A stretch of 64,000 bases of DNA from Tubiluchus corallicola (GCA_030141605.1 JAQGDQ010002371.1:620001-684000); one strand, 5' to 3'. Numbered from the stretch's first letter, positions 34,811-55,095 are shown. The notes: a model not told the origin generated them from the sequence alone. Program-made: numbers and translations.

Positions 34811-37800
34811 CCTCACTAGAAAAGTTAAACATCAGTCACCAGATACGGCGATAGTGACACTATAATAATCAGTTTATTCTATTAAAAAGCATTGTATTTT
34901 TGATAATATCTGCAATTTGCGTTGTGCACTGTACAGTGCGCATTTAGGTAATACAAGTGCAAGAAAAACGAGGGGAATTGAACCCAAGTCCAGCAATGAC
35001 CCTGAAATTTGTTAAGAGGTAACCCATCATGCTTAACGCTAATTAATAATTAACAGAATTAATGTGCCACTTACATATATTATATCAATTACAGGACATA
35101 TACAGTTATTCATTGTTGTGCTTTACTTAAATACAGGCGCTGTGTTTTATCGGTGAGCTTCAAATAAAACACGCCAGGTGAACATCTCAGGGCAGCACCA
35201 GGCGAACCCGAACTCGGCGTCGTCGTTGTTGTGGTCTCTTTTCACAAAAGCTGTCATGAAGCACGTATTATTCTGTGCCAGTTCGTCCTAGGAAAATTTC
35301 TTAAAGCAAAAACTGGGTTGCGGAAATCCGCGTGTAGTGCAGTTTCCTTGTGCCGAACAATCTGAAAAACCCTATTAATGATTCGCACGATTTTGATGCC
35401 GGAAGTTCGGTTAACGTAGCTGATTAATGTTTTACTTTCGGGCGGGGCCGCAACAAAAACCATTAAATTTTGCCGTAATGGACTTTTAATGTTAAATTAA
35501 AGTCACCGGAAGCACAAGTTTTTCAGAATCATTCGGGGTTACGTTTCACCGAGAATTACCATAATAATGTATCGATAAATGCCATAAATCATTTCTACGT
35601 ACGCTTCTTTACTTAATTTTCTTTCGAAAACATCCACAACAAATTTTAAACCAATTATTGTTAACAAGTAAATAAGAAATTAAACAAGTATGATGCTTAA
35701 TTGCATTCACATGACAATTTTACAACAATAAAATATAAATGGACAAAGAAAGGACATTTTATATCCTATTCAGTAGAGTCAGGCGATTTTCAATGATTAT
35801 AGACTTAAATAATTAACCAGTAATTTTTTTTAAAGTCACGTGATTTATTCCGTACATGATCAATTTGCAGCTAGATTTATTCTACAAAAGTCCGTACAGT
35901 CTTCATATAACAAATATTACAGCATGTATTTTGAAGCCCTTAAAATGGCGAACCAAGCATGAAAACAGCTGAGCAGTGAGCAAACACTACTCTGCCGCCT
36001 CGGACACATTAAATACACAGAGCATGGCTTCAACCGAAATTCTCCACTTATCTTACCAAAATAAAGCCCTCTGGTTGAACCCTACTGCAAGTCGAAATTT
36101 TGCTACCATCATCACGATTCTGCAGTTGTTGTTAATGGTTTTCTAAAATTGCAAGATAAACCGTATTCACGTGACATAGGGAGAAGTGTAATCTAATTTG
36201 ATATACATTTAGGATATTAACAGTGTTATTGATGCGTATAGTTCTTTACAGTAATTTTTGATCGGCTGCATCTGCACGAATGTACATTTACTATTAAAGT
36301 CATAAAATTTCTATTAATACACTATTCAAAATACTGTTTGTACTCTGCAAACAAACTGAAGGTGAACACAAGCTTAACCACCTACTGCAGCCAATTACAT
36401 GACAGACTTCTTTACGACGTGAGATTCATTAATGCAGAACGAAATAACGAGCTGTGACAAACTGAAGTGTTTAAATGCTAAGCTTTGCGGTGAAAATAGC
36501 ATAAACATTTAGATAGAGTGTACATACCGTGTCCCTTGCTTATACAAATAGAGAATCTTACTTGCTATGAGAGCTGGGAACTACATACGCGACATTGACA
36601 ATGGGTGGAAACCAATTTGTGCTGAAGCCAGCTATGAATGTCGTTAATGCAACAATGGGCAAGGAAACAAGTTCCAATGGAGCATTCTAGCAGCAAAAGC
36701 CTCAATACAGCACCTAGTACAGTGTAGCTGATCAAATGCCCTTGCATAGTGCAATAAGGCCACTGTACTATTGCACTCTGTCTTCAATCTCTAATGGTAT
36801 ATTGAATTCAGCTGGGGCTAAGACTAAATGGCCAGTGTTCGCAGCCCAAATGCATAAAACCGGCACTGCTAAAATCTGTGTAAAAGCACGTCATTGAAAC
36901 TAGTTACCCAGAGTATAGTAGGCATAAGTAAATCTGCACTACAGATCCCTATACACCAAAATAGTTATCCTAGCTCTCTTCCTACGGCTCATTAACATAA
37001 CGTAATCGTATAAATGGGCATAAAGCTCGGAGTAACTTGGAATTTCAGCTGTTTTATTTTTAGAAAAGCGCGCGAATTCTTACTATTAAACCAACAAATA
37101 TATAGGGCTAATGCGATGGACCTGCCTCAAAAACTGCATGACTTCGTGCACGGGCTTATAAATATTTATAGCTTAACAAAGAAGTTGAGGACCCTCTAAT
37201 GTCACTATCCAATTTACAGCAATTTAACTATGTATACAAAGAAATAGAGTTGTTTGAACGTCAATAAATGAATTGCAAAGTTAAATCTCAACCCCTCCCG
37301 GATTAATTTATCAACACATAAGACTCGTTGCTCAATATACTGACTGCAACAATGTTACACATTTTAAAGCTTGCTACAGGACGTGATTTCTGGTGAATTA
37401 TTCTTCAAAACTGTACTTCACCCCTTAGGCCTACTAACAAAATATGGGAAGGTATACGATACTCCGTTAGCAAGGATGACTGACCAGTAACTAATTGCAA
37501 ATAAAATAGACAACTATTAGACATAAAGTACAGACTGAATTGACTTGATATTAAAGGACAAGAAAAAATTCTTCATAAATAAGGTTCGTCTTAAAATACT
37601 GTATCACTTAGATGCTGTCTTATTGCTTACGTTAGCAGTAACACTGCGTAGAACTTGTAAATTTAAACTTCGGCGTAAAATTTGAAAACATAATTAGAAC
37701 ATTCGTAGCGCACTAATCGCTATTTAAGCAAACTACTTTATATCGTCAACAGGATCAACAACGTGTTTTTTGGTGAGCCAATGGTGCAACAGTGAAATTT

Positions 37801-40800
37801 TATCAGTTTGAATTATTTGAATTACCAGCGTGAACATTTTGAATTATTAAGAAAATTATTCTCCAAATTCACACGTCTTTCATATAAGCAAGTGTAAAGT
37901 AAAGAAATATAACTGTAACGTAATATAAATATGTATGTAATATAAGATTTTTGGGCTATATATTTAAACTTTCTTTCTTCCTTAGGAGAAAGTAATTTTA
38001 ATTAAATGTACAAAATGGTTCAATTGAATGTAAACACGATTATTTTGGATCACATGTCAAAAATTTTAGTACTTACTGTTGTATTTTCATATGTGGAATT
38101 TTCACTTCATTTTCATTTGTTTTTGAATCAACTAAAATTTTTGCTTTCCAAAACATAAACAACTTTTTTGCGACTTCATACAAACAGCTATGACGTTGCT
38201 TTATTTACAATAGTAACGTTGTGATTTCACTACAATATTTCACTCAGTACTTCTCTGTTCATACTGCCGGATATTTGTAACAAAACGTCTGTGTGATTTT
38301 CAGATATATACTTGTTACACAATAAACAACAACTGAAATTATTAAACATCATTTAACATGGAGCGGGGCAAGGTCATGGGAGCCTTACTGAAGCTAGCCT
38401 ATAGCTTGCCCAAAGTAGTTTGATGGTAGTTAATCGCTGACTAGATGCAGGGTGGTCTAAGTTACCGAATATGTTTCTGGCATACTGGTGAATATATAAT
38501 GATTTAAGATACTTTCCAATCATGTTAGTGTCAGTAGCATCATTAACATATTTTATTATCCCAGCAACCTCATTCGCGGCAGCAATTGCAATTCATTATC
38601 TACTCACCGTGTGAGGAAAGATTCAATCAGCTACTTGTTTTAGGGTTGTTACCCGTAACATAACCTAGAAAGCAGTTTGCACACTCCCTGTAACATGATC
38701 AGAATCGTAAAGTGCCCCGGCATGCGGAGCTCTTTGGGAAGCCATGGGATTCAACAGCACTTGGGGAAGCCAGCTTATAAAGAGTATTAAGGAAGCCAAG
38801 TTAGGACGACGCATATTGTACATAAAATTTATTATCGATGAGTTTACATAATACAGTGGCTATGTTCGCAGTGTACAATTATCATTTTAAGCATAACAAG
38901 TAGCGTGATAAAGATTTTTTAATGAAAAATAATTAGAAAGAAGCTCAAAATATTTTTTACATTATTCTGGTAAGAACTAGGAACTTTATTAGCGAATCCA
39001 TGGATTTGCAAAGAATGATTAATGAGTTATTCTCGCTATGCATGTGAAACATCAAATTATAATTAATATGCTAAGTTTAAAGCCACACCATATACGACAT
39101 AATTAATACTTTCATCTGTACTGTCTCTGTGAAACGCCCTGCACTCGGACAGTAACGATTTGTGAAGCTTAAGCTACATGCTTGTTCAAAGAAAACACAT
39201 AAGAAAGATGGTATCATTGGATAATCGTTCTTAAACACCTAGGGATGACTTCGAGATACATGAAATATCTAAAGCTGATGCATCGCGTCTTATACAGGAT
39301 GTAACTTTGTTATAATCAGAATTGTGCCAAGAAGCAGGTTGGGTTCGATCATTTTTCTGGCACTAGCTAAATATGTAGCTATATATAGTATACATCTTGT
39401 TTCTTTAGTCACGTGGATGTAAAATTCCTAGTTTCACAAAAAAAAAATGTGCCTAAAACGTATACAGTCAGCTCCAAAAACCATACTTACTCAAATTTAA
39501 GTAGCACATCCCAATGTTTCCTATTCATGTATTTTGCACAAAACACGATCGGCTGTGCGGAATTTTAAAATTAAGCTGAAACTGTTTAATAATAGACTCC
39601 CAGCTCGTTAGAACACACTCTGTGGTTAAAATGACAACCCTTTGTTTACACAGGGCTTTCCAGCAACACTCTTCCAACATCGATCAGTGGAGGTTTACAC
39701 TCATTTCCAGCTTTGAAAGCGTCCTGTCATAAAATCACTAATCATTGTTTGCCAATTGTCCGTGCATATTGCTAAGCAGAGAGATGAATAGTTAGCATAT
39801 GACAGGATCCCAGCGCTATATCTCTATTACCATAATTATCAGCAAGAGCCTGTACAGATAGTACCATATAGCCTTTGTCTACACCGCACCGACTAACGCA
39901 TCTTTCCTTTTATGGACAAGACTGGCGGATAAAATCCATAGAAGTTGTCTTTGCTTCAAACAGAAAGCATGCTTGTACCACACGTATTTGTACAAATTTC
40001 TCTGAGCACAATGCAAACACGCACGGTGCATGGTATAAGCAGGCATGAGAAGATATAATATAAGACTACTACAGCATCAATATAAATTATCACAACTATC
40101 AATGTAATATGTAATTACAATACTTATACACTCAAACCAGTTATCGTTAACTTATTTAATGAGAATCATTTAATGTTTTCTAAACCAGAGAAAATATAAA
40201 TCACCTAAATAATGACCAACAAAATACAAGTTTTGGCACATTCTCATCTCATGACTGGCAATCTTCTGTGATACTTAGTTAAATACTAATTACCTAGCTA
40301 ACTATAGCTATCTTCTTGTAGTTACAACTGCCGTAACCTCACAATCTGTAATCTTAGAAAGTCTCATTAATGCCACATAGTGTAACCAAGTGAATGAATG
40401 GCCTGCCTTGAGAACAATAGAGTTTATTATGAATTAAACAACCTGAGAGAATTTGAGGAAGCGAACCTAAAAGTTATAACTTTAACGGAGGCCTATATTA
40501 CTTGATGTCACAAGCATAAATATTGGTTAATTTTTATCAATTAGAACACTCCAGTGAATTCATCATAATTGCACATAAATGTGACACATGGATGTTTGGT
40601 GATTTTTGCGAAAGTGAAAATCTGAGCATGTGAGAACTGTTGCAGATACGGCGTACAATAAACGTCTGAAAGTATCTTATAAATTATCTTCGCTGAGTAA
40701 AGTATTTGCAGCTTTTATCAAGCTCATCCATTATGTCCCATTAGATCTCAAATCCTAAGCGCTTTCTTTACAAAGATAAACAATAAATGGCAATCGTCAA

Positions 40801-43800
40801 TAATAAATACACACGAGACTGATCAACTTTGTTCATCGGTTCATTATTTATTATTAAGCAAAAATCGTTTTCAGTGAAAATAAGCGGTAACGAAAATGGT
40901 ACTGTGTTATAAGAACTGACGAAAGTGGCTAAAACACTGTTTTTTCCGCACGCTGTAAACCCGTTAAAATATTTAAAGAATTTACAAAATGTAGCTACAT
41001 GTTTCAGATTCAACAGATTTTGGTACAAAATTTTAAGCAGTTCTTGTATTTGCAAAATCACTACCCTCTATACAATAACTATTTTCAGATAATAGGTCAA
41101 CGTATTTGGAGATGCGTAAGTATGAGATTGCTGCAGGCTGCAAGAGCACTACTGACTTTGTTAAGGAGCTATAAATGATTTTTATCGGCACTCCCAAGTG
41201 CTCTAGGAGCACTCTTGCCTCTTCCACCATGCATTTACACCTGCTTCTACAACCCAAACATTGCGAAATTCTTTCATCATCTATGCACTTGACAGGCTGG
41301 ATGGCTTCATAAAGAAAGATAATTGGTTATTACACCCCCTCCTGTGACCTTGGGAAGGTTGTATAACGCCGATGTTACATCGGAAGTCCTCTGCCTATGA
41401 TTTACTATACGGGTCAGACTGACCAAGCAGCGTACAATGGAACTGTACAAGTAAGTGGGTATAATAACTGACATTTGTGCATTAATCTACGAAGCTAATG
41501 AACAGCAGAATCGATTTTGCGCGCAGGTTTTCTACGAGAAATGCATTCATTTTATGCAATAATCGCTCAAAGCACGTAAAGTCATTATATTGGTTTTTTG
41601 GAAGAAAAAATATAAGATGGTAAGGCAAAATAACTCTGCACACATGAAGAAGAAGTTAAAGCAAACTTTTTTCAGAAGCTTCGTAATTTGCATTAATAAA
41701 CCGAGCGTGGGGAGCCTGTGCAGCACAACGTAAAGCTACTGCCGTCTGTGAAGGAAATCTGCTTTATTTTTTATTTTCTAAATTGAATATTGGCAGATGC
41801 AGATACGTATGAAAAATATCTGAGCAGTGAGCATGTTATCCATTTTACATAATGCTGGAAGCTCAAGGTATGCGACTCGTTATGATATTCAACCAAATTA
41901 TCAAGTGCCTGAAGTCCCAATCCACCAAAATCCAAAAACAGAATACAGTGTCACGTTACTTGTTTTTTTTTGCTTCTACCAAAAGCATCTTCAAATTGAA
42001 AGCGTTAATTTAATACAAAGGCATTTGCATACAAAAGAATTTGAGACGCAGGACAGATCGCCTGGGGGTAACAGGAATTGTTTATCTTCCCCTCATTATG
42101 TTGCCCTCTTGCTAAATGCATTGCATTGCCCCACGCCAGGCTCTTTATTTGTACTATAAACATTCATCCCACAATTTAACCGTCCTTAGGCCAAATTAGA
42201 CGCTTTCGTGTGGAAAGTTGATCAATGGTTATACTACGGGGATCCACAGTTAGCATTATTTCTGCTCGTATCTGCTGGACGAAGTTAGATAGAGCTGTAC
42301 ATTGCCACAACAAAGAGACTGACAGATAAGAACAGCACTGCTGCTCCACGTAAACAAGAATAGGGAAGCCCTGCACTTCTGTTAATTTTGTCCCTGGCAG
42401 TCAATACTCACAAAAAAATTTGTAATCGTTACAGAAATCAGATATTTAAGGAGACGGTACAAGTTTTTAAACGAAGTTAGTTGTGAAGTTTTTAGGGAAC
42501 TTATCTGAACCTTACGTAAAATACGTGAACTGTACTAAAGTCTTTATGCCCTTCAGTGGTGTCCATAACTGACACCATCGGAATAGTGACTTGTTACTGG
42601 CTTGAATGTGGCCTTAATTAAGAACAAAATGGCGCATCATTTCTTCATTACTTAACAGTCAACCAACTGTATGTGGCTATACTTTTTGCACCATCTGATT
42701 GGAAAATAATTAAGCACAGGTTAAAACAACGCGGTATATTATGACTCATAGACTAAAGAATTCCACGGTTACAAAAGAGGCAGAGCCTAAGTTACTCCAT
42801 TATCTCACCTATCGCTTTACTTTTAAGTAGCTTAGACTAGATTTAATTTAGATACCGTTCTTCTGACTCAGTCAAGCTTAAGTATTGGCAAACAATACAA
42901 CCATGTGTGTATCTCGCCTAAATAATCGTAATCCAATTGTTTCTGTGTGATTGCCATAACTGCATTTAGCTGCTAATATGTACTTGATTAGCCCTTATTA
43001 TCATCGCCACCATGTGGCTACCTATAATGACTACATTAACACTGTGTATGACATTCAGACATTTTAGGTCTAGATTCAACGCAATGTGTCACCATTCAAC
43101 ATAACCGAAAATTTAGTTTCCAAAATGGTAATTAGGCAAGTCTTTTTCACTGCTAAGTTAAACATTGCTTTTAAGAAAGAATGACAGAAAGGTAAATATA
43201 ATAAAATGCATCGTAACTATTTATTTCATATAATAACTATAACTCGGACGCGAACCTCTGAATTTTCTATAGACGACCTCGTCACTTGTCTTTATAATTT
43301 GTGTGTTTAATTCAATTATTCAATTAGCTCATTTCTCTTGATTTTCTCACACCTAAGGTTTTTCTGTTTCAATATGTTGACAGAACTTTTTGTAAACTAA
43401 CTGTGTCAGCTGTTTTACATTAGCTTAAAAGTTATCTTTATAAACGTTTTCAAAAATAAAAATAAAGTACGTTAGCTAGTATTCAACATTCATCAGTGAA
43501 TGTATAGGCTCTCACACATTAACAATTTAAAGTCAAACACGATGTTGGAATAAAATTGCTAAAACATGTCAAAAACAACTTAATAACTGGTTCATATAAT
43601 ATAATGGCATGCACGTACAAAAAATGCATAAAATAATATTCTTTCATATTTTCTTAACGCAATGCAAAGTGCAAGTTATTGGTAAAAAAAACTGCAAAAT
43701 CGAACTGCATTTTATATATTAATCTGCTTGATCCGTATATCATACATTGCAAGACGTAGCATCTTGACGATGCAATACTCGTGCATGAATTAATAACAGA

Positions 43801-45909
43801 CTAAACTAGGCTTACCACAACAATGAGATTGCCTTCATCGTATAAAATTCCACGGAGATATCAAAGTCTTACGTAAATTAGTTTCCCGCTTTTCTCAGCA
43901 TGTTTACGCTACCCAATGCGCACTCTAGTACATGTACCACATCTATAGTCACATAGTATAGTTGCAACCATCTACGTCACCGGTGAAGATCAATCGCCTC
44001 TCTCAGCTCACAGCATCAATCACAGTGATTCCCGCTTCGTGCACCTTGGCTACGCAGATCGTTATTAGCTGCGCACGTTCTCACCGGCTAGGGGCACTTA
44101 CTGACATCCTTATTACGGGCAGCGGCAGCTTCGAATCTTAGACATAAAGTACCAGTAAACTTTAGAATCTTTAGGAAAGCAAAAGGTGGTAAAATGAAAT
44201 GTGTACTTTAATAAAGTACAACATAACATAATTTTGAGGTTACGTAATCAAGCGTAATCACTCATTTTTGGTGCTTAACTAGAAAATCAGAACCTGCTGC
44301 ATATCAACATAATTATTCAGCCTCACACATACGACATACACCACAAAACGCCTATTTCTGGATTTGTACTACAGAAGGAAAATAATTTTAACACACCACA
44401 GTCAAACAATTTTTATGCAAGCCAACTTGCCTACCTTGTATTATAAAGTATGTGTATATTATGTATATGTCTCATGTAATAAACTTCTGTGCTTATTTAA
44501 TGCTGTTGTATTGTTCTTCTACATATGTCATTCTACTGTATATACCAATAAATAAATTCTATATTTATTCTATATTATGCAGTTATTAGAATCATTTTCT
44601 TGCCACTGCATACATATCAAACACAACGTAGACTTTTCAAACAATTCTACATTGAATTAGCCATTTATTTATCAAATTAATGTCAATGATACAGAACAGA
44701 GCTGTAAAACATTGTGTGTCGTACACACTAATACATTATGCATGCCAAAAATAACAAATGGTTTACAGACGCCAACTCTGCACGCTATGAATTCTAGGAC
44801 CAGCAGCTGCTGTCGTAACAATAGACGCCATAGAGAATTCTCGTAGGAAAGTTATAATCAAACAAAACTAAAAAGAACCGGATACCATGTAGTACATTTC
44901 CTGATACTGACAATTATTCTCCTGACAATCTGATATGCACACTTCATAATAGAAACAAAAAATATGTTGAGTAATTATGATGATTTCTTATTATGCAAAT
45001 TAAATTTACATAATAGTAAATACATGTACTATAGTAATATTAATAATACTAATAGGTATTAGTATTACCTACTGCTGATAATAAAGATAACATTAAAATA
45101 ATTTAATTACAGTCCCTGATAAATCTGCAACAGCAAAAGCGAGTATAATTTTCATAATAAACTCTTAGCAACAGTGTTGGTCCAAGACTATCTTCACTGA
45201 AAAGCACTGCTGGGACTAAAACTGGCTTTTTATTTTGACTGCCTAACTTGGCGTCGCTTAGAGCTGCATTCAATCATATGAAAAAATAAGCCCTGATCGA
45301 CGCGGCTGAGCACAAAGGCATCGGCATGGACGCGTGGCAGACTTAATGAGGCATTCAAGCAAGCCTTACCAAACTTGGTGAATTCATTGTTTGGTGGATT
45401 ATTGAGGAACCACATAAGCTCATTTATGCCTTTGTCATATTTATATCAGGCCTATGGAGTAAAATTATTCATAAATTATTTACTGGCGTACTTCGAAACA
45501 AAGCTGCCAGCATTTTATTATTGCACTAGAAAATTAGATAAAATATAATACGCTGCTAGTTAAAATATTATTTAGCAGAACAAATATATATGTTATTTTA
45601 CAAAAACTAATCACTTCAGGTCGTTGTGTGATTTTAATCATATTAGTTGTAGTTTAAATGGTTGTGCAACAAGTCATAGAGTCAAAAATTCAATTTTCCT
45701 AAAACTGTGCGATAAATGGAAAATTAACACGTATCACGAAATTGTTGTTTATTTGTTTATTTATGGACCATGAAGCTATCAGCCTGTTATCATCAATGTT
45801 ATGTTTTAATTAAAACTGTAGAGTTAATCATAAAGAGTTCATAGCGCTTGCAAAAAATATAAAATCTTGCAATCGTTATTGATTTTAATTTAATTAATTT
45901 TTTTATTTT

Positions 45910-47004
45910 ATTTTTTTGAAATAACACTTGCATTACAGTAGCCAAGACTTCCCTGTACTGCGCCGCTTCAAGGGGATCTAAGCCAACTCTCCCCATCTCC
46001 AAAATTTGGTTTCATGGATCTGCGCCTCACCGTGGCGCCATCTGTAATTTTAATCTTAAAAGATTCTGCATATAGCAGAATCTTATTGGAAATCAACTGT
46101 TTACTATTTCCTTAATTTTGAAATCTTAATTTTTAAAACTAAAACAGCTAGAGTCACGAAACTTGCAGGGTAGACACCTGAGGATGGAGGACTATCACTA
46201 GTATAGTGATCGGTGACCTCGGATCAAAGGGTCACGGACGCTGGACATCGGACAGTTTTCCTTTGTCGCTCAATTCCTTGAGTTAAATTCAAAATTTTTT
46301 TCACAGATATTTAGGTCCTGTCGGTGCACTAAGTATTTTTCGGAAATTGGAGTCTAGGAAAGTTCTGAATTAGGAGCCAAAATGTGAAATCGTTTTGTCG
46401 ATCAACTCCTCTTACAGTATTGGACTAGGAGTCAATATTTATACATGCGTGGCTAGGCAGGAGGAGGGAATAGATGTGCATATAGTTCGAAAAGGATTTT
46501 CCAAAAGCGGGCGTGATCTAGTCACGTGACATGGGCGAAAGTATTAACATGTGGCCTAGTTAACTCCATAAGACCTTGAATTACGAAACTTGCAGGGTAG
46601 GCGCTTAATATAGGTAGGCAGAAAACAGTGCAAGAATGGCGAATTCTAGGACAAAGATCACAGGGGCAGGACCCAAAATGTGAAAATTAGGGCAAATGAC
46701 TTTGCCACTCAACACCACTTACAATATTGGACTAGACGCCCACGTTATTGCACGTATGGGTAGTCGGTCGAGCGTATATGTGTACTAAGCATTTTCGAAA
46801 AGTGGGCGTAACGAGGTCACATGGCTACGGCGACAGTGTTAAAATGGCATTGCAACAAAATGGACTTCCTATGTAATCAAGCACGGAGAATTCAGCAATA
46901 GCAAAATTATAATCTCGAGACAATAATCAAGTCAGCAAAAAATTTTCACAATCAGCAGTCGCAGTTTTGGTCATAATGCTGACTCTGTCATAAACAAGGT
47001 CTAG
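45910..47004 (+). mobile_element. Non-autonomous Helitron/Helentron-like (HINE-type) element with internal tandem duplication
   Basis: Begins in a T-run and ends with an imperfect hairpin plus CTAG (47001-47004) followed by T. Subterminal inverted repeat cacttgcattacagtag / ctatgtaatcaagcac. Duplicated blocks acgaaacttgcagggtag (~46157, ~46583), cttacaRtattggactag and ggaSccaaaatgtgaaa. Confidence 0.6.
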
Positions 47005-47059
47005 TTACTTTTTTATTTACTCTGAGTGAAAGGTACTTTGTCCTGTTTATAGTATCTAA

Positions 47060-47779
47060 GGCCAATTTCACCGCGAGAACGCAAGGAAAATTATGCATGG
47101 AATTGGTGTCAGAAAATATTCAGATGATTTCCGACTTTTTCTCGAAATGCCATGCAGCAAGAAAGTCCTTTGCACAATGAAACAGAGCGATTTTTTAATG
47201 CGCGTCCAAATAGCTACAGCTCCTTGGACCGTGTTGCGGGCTTGTAGTATCGCTCGTCATCATGGACAGCGAGAGATGAGCTTGTTTTTTTTTAAAAAGT
47301 TCTACTATCAATTTCAACGTCTAAAAACATGTTAAATAAATATGTGCGTGTGTCATTTTTCTTTTTCACGAATATAGCCATCGCCGTTGCATTAATAAAA
47401 CATAAAATCGTCTTTATGTTAAAAGAGGGGTAAGATCTTATAATTTTATGCTGAAGTATGTTAATTGTTGTTCGTTAAACCAAAAAGAAGTAACTGAGTT
47501 GTTAAACTTTAGTTTTAATTCCCCGAGGAATCCTCACAAAACTTCACGAAGATCTAGCGTACGGCAACTTTACCATGTGGCAACTTTCCTCGTGAAGAGG
47601 ACGCATGGTTTCTAGCTGGCGGTAGAATTCCTCATGACAAATTCCACGAAGAAAATTTTGCATGAGGCGTCAGTGTGAAATGCGTCATAGAAAGCAATAT
47701 GTTCCATTTTCATGAGTAATACCGGAAGAAATTTTTCCATCAAGGTATTTTGACGCGTGTTTTCTCTGTAAAATGGGCT
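47060..47779. mobile_element. Degenerate PIF/Harbinger-type MITE, TAA target-site duplication
   Basis: TAA|ggccaatttcac ... gtaaaatgggct|TAA; 9 of 12 terminal TIR bases match; non-coding. Confidence 0.55.
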
Positions 47780-48548
47780 TAAGTGTGTCTGCTGCTGTTG
47801 CGGTGATTTCTGATTTTAACACTCTAAGCACAAAGTCTATGAAGCAGAAACAAAGTGATCTATTGTGTCTAAACTACATAAATTAATAATTTCACATCCA
47901 AATGAAGCCAAATAATCTGACAAAACTACTGCACTCAAATTGGGTGATTCACTACACTCAAACTATATTTTCTTGGGGGGAGGGCGTATTACGGTCTAAC
48001 TAAATAAGCGTAGTTAATGAATTTAGCGTACTTAAGTAAAATGAATTTACTTCCATAATGTCCATAATGCCAAAAGTAACGAATACAATCTGAGTAATTT
48101 GCCATATTTAAACAAAAAAACCGTAGACATAAAAAAGAGCGCCCAACATAAAAAAGGCCAACTATTCAGTTTCCTAGTATAGTGACTCAACACTATTTCA
48201 CAGCCGTTACCCACTACCACTGCCACCTCCATCGTAACCGTCGTTGTCATCATTATTATTGTCCTCGTTTCTTCAATCGTCAATGAACGCCTAAAATATT
48301 AATTTATTGAACTCTAAACCAACGAGATGTAAAGCAACGGAAAAGATCTTCTATTTGAATAGCACGTTGTGTTTATTTGAACAAATCATAAAAATAGTGT
48401 AAAAATAAAAACATATCACTGAAACTTTTTTGGCAAAAACAAGAAGAAACATAAGAAACATGAAAATGAAAGTGCTATGGTTAAAAAATGCATAAATGCA
48501 TACGGTTGCAAATTATCAAAAGACACAAACAATGTAAAAATATGTATT

Positions 48549-48554
48549 TTTATT
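48549..48554 (-). terminator. Candidate polyadenylation signal (AATAAA) for beta-tubulin A
   Basis: tttatt on + strand ~500 nt past the stop codon; alternatives at 48372 and 48303. Confidence 0.4.
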
Positions 48555-49058
48555 GAAAAGCTTTAGTCTTAACACTAAAGAGTTGTATATTAATGTATAA
48601 CAAACATTACCGAGTCGCACTTACATAACATTTTGATTTTCGGAAATTGCTTTCGTAACATTTACTACAGAAAATATACAGCACTTAGAAACATTACACA
48701 AATTTTGCTTCCGAATCTACACATTCCAGTGGCAGTGTAGAGCATTTATAATTCGTAGGCCTACACATATATAAGCGATTATATTTGGCTAGTTACAACA
48801 CAGTTAACTTTTTGTAATATCAGTTACACCTTAATTATTAATGACCACAAAATTATTTGCAAAAAATAGCGAATTCTTTATTAACCAGATTGTTAAATTT
48901 TTGACAAATAACAGGATCATTCATTCTTGATATTAAAACTTTTATATTCACAAATACCTGGGTATATAATGCAACGTAATTGATTAACAGTCACTCGTGC
49001 AGGTGAGCAATAAAGCTTAGTTAAAATAATAACAGTCAATATTGTAAAGCAGATTACT

Positions 49059-54312
<5,254 letters not shown>

Positions 54313-55095
54313 TTTGTTTTGTTTGATAAAAAAAAACTTCAAATGCTATGGATCAGCACGCAAGCCCTTTTTCTTGTTCGCACCACTTCTCCCAGCTTCA
54401 CCAATGTGTTATGCAGCCAGGTTTCAAAAACCCACCCTTTTTACTACTGCACCGGACTACTTTCTTATGGATTTACCATTTACCACGCCAGACGAAGACC
54501 AAATGGCTTTGCTGAGAACGCCAGACGCTTTCAGCACGCATGCGTGTTAGAAAAAAAGATGAGGGATGTGTCATCGACTCCTGCAGCGTGGTTAGGTTAC
54601 TTACTGTACTGTTAAAACGTGATTCATGTGAATGCATCTTTGCGACTGTATACAGACTAGAAAGGACGCTTTAGATTCTTGTTCAGTGTAATAACCCAGT
54701 AATAATAATTTATTGCATTTGCTTAATTTAATTTTGCGTGAAAACATGCAACTCGTATATGATAATAAAGATGCCTGGACGAATATTTAGTATACACGCC
54801 AAGTAATCATTACATGAATACAACATATTTACCGTAGCAGCAAAACCGCCCCTTGCACTGAAAAAGCTTGTTTGTATACGTCATTATAATGGTACTTCTG
54901 TGAACAAAGCTCAGAAAATAAGAAGTTTCTATCTCAATTTAAAAATTCAGAAACTCGGGTCCTGGATCTTTCATTATTGATCATTCAGATGACAACGAAA
55001 TTGAAAACGATGCTTATCACGTATTGATGAGGTATATATTTACCATTTGAGCTAAAATACTAAACCAAAGTTTGCTTTGTATGCATATAACAACA

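Noticed and set aside
36745-36790. agtgcaata...tattgcact hairpin with a miR-92-like seed
   Set aside because: The stem is only ~9-13 bp and the rest does not match miR-92; too short for a pre-miRNA.
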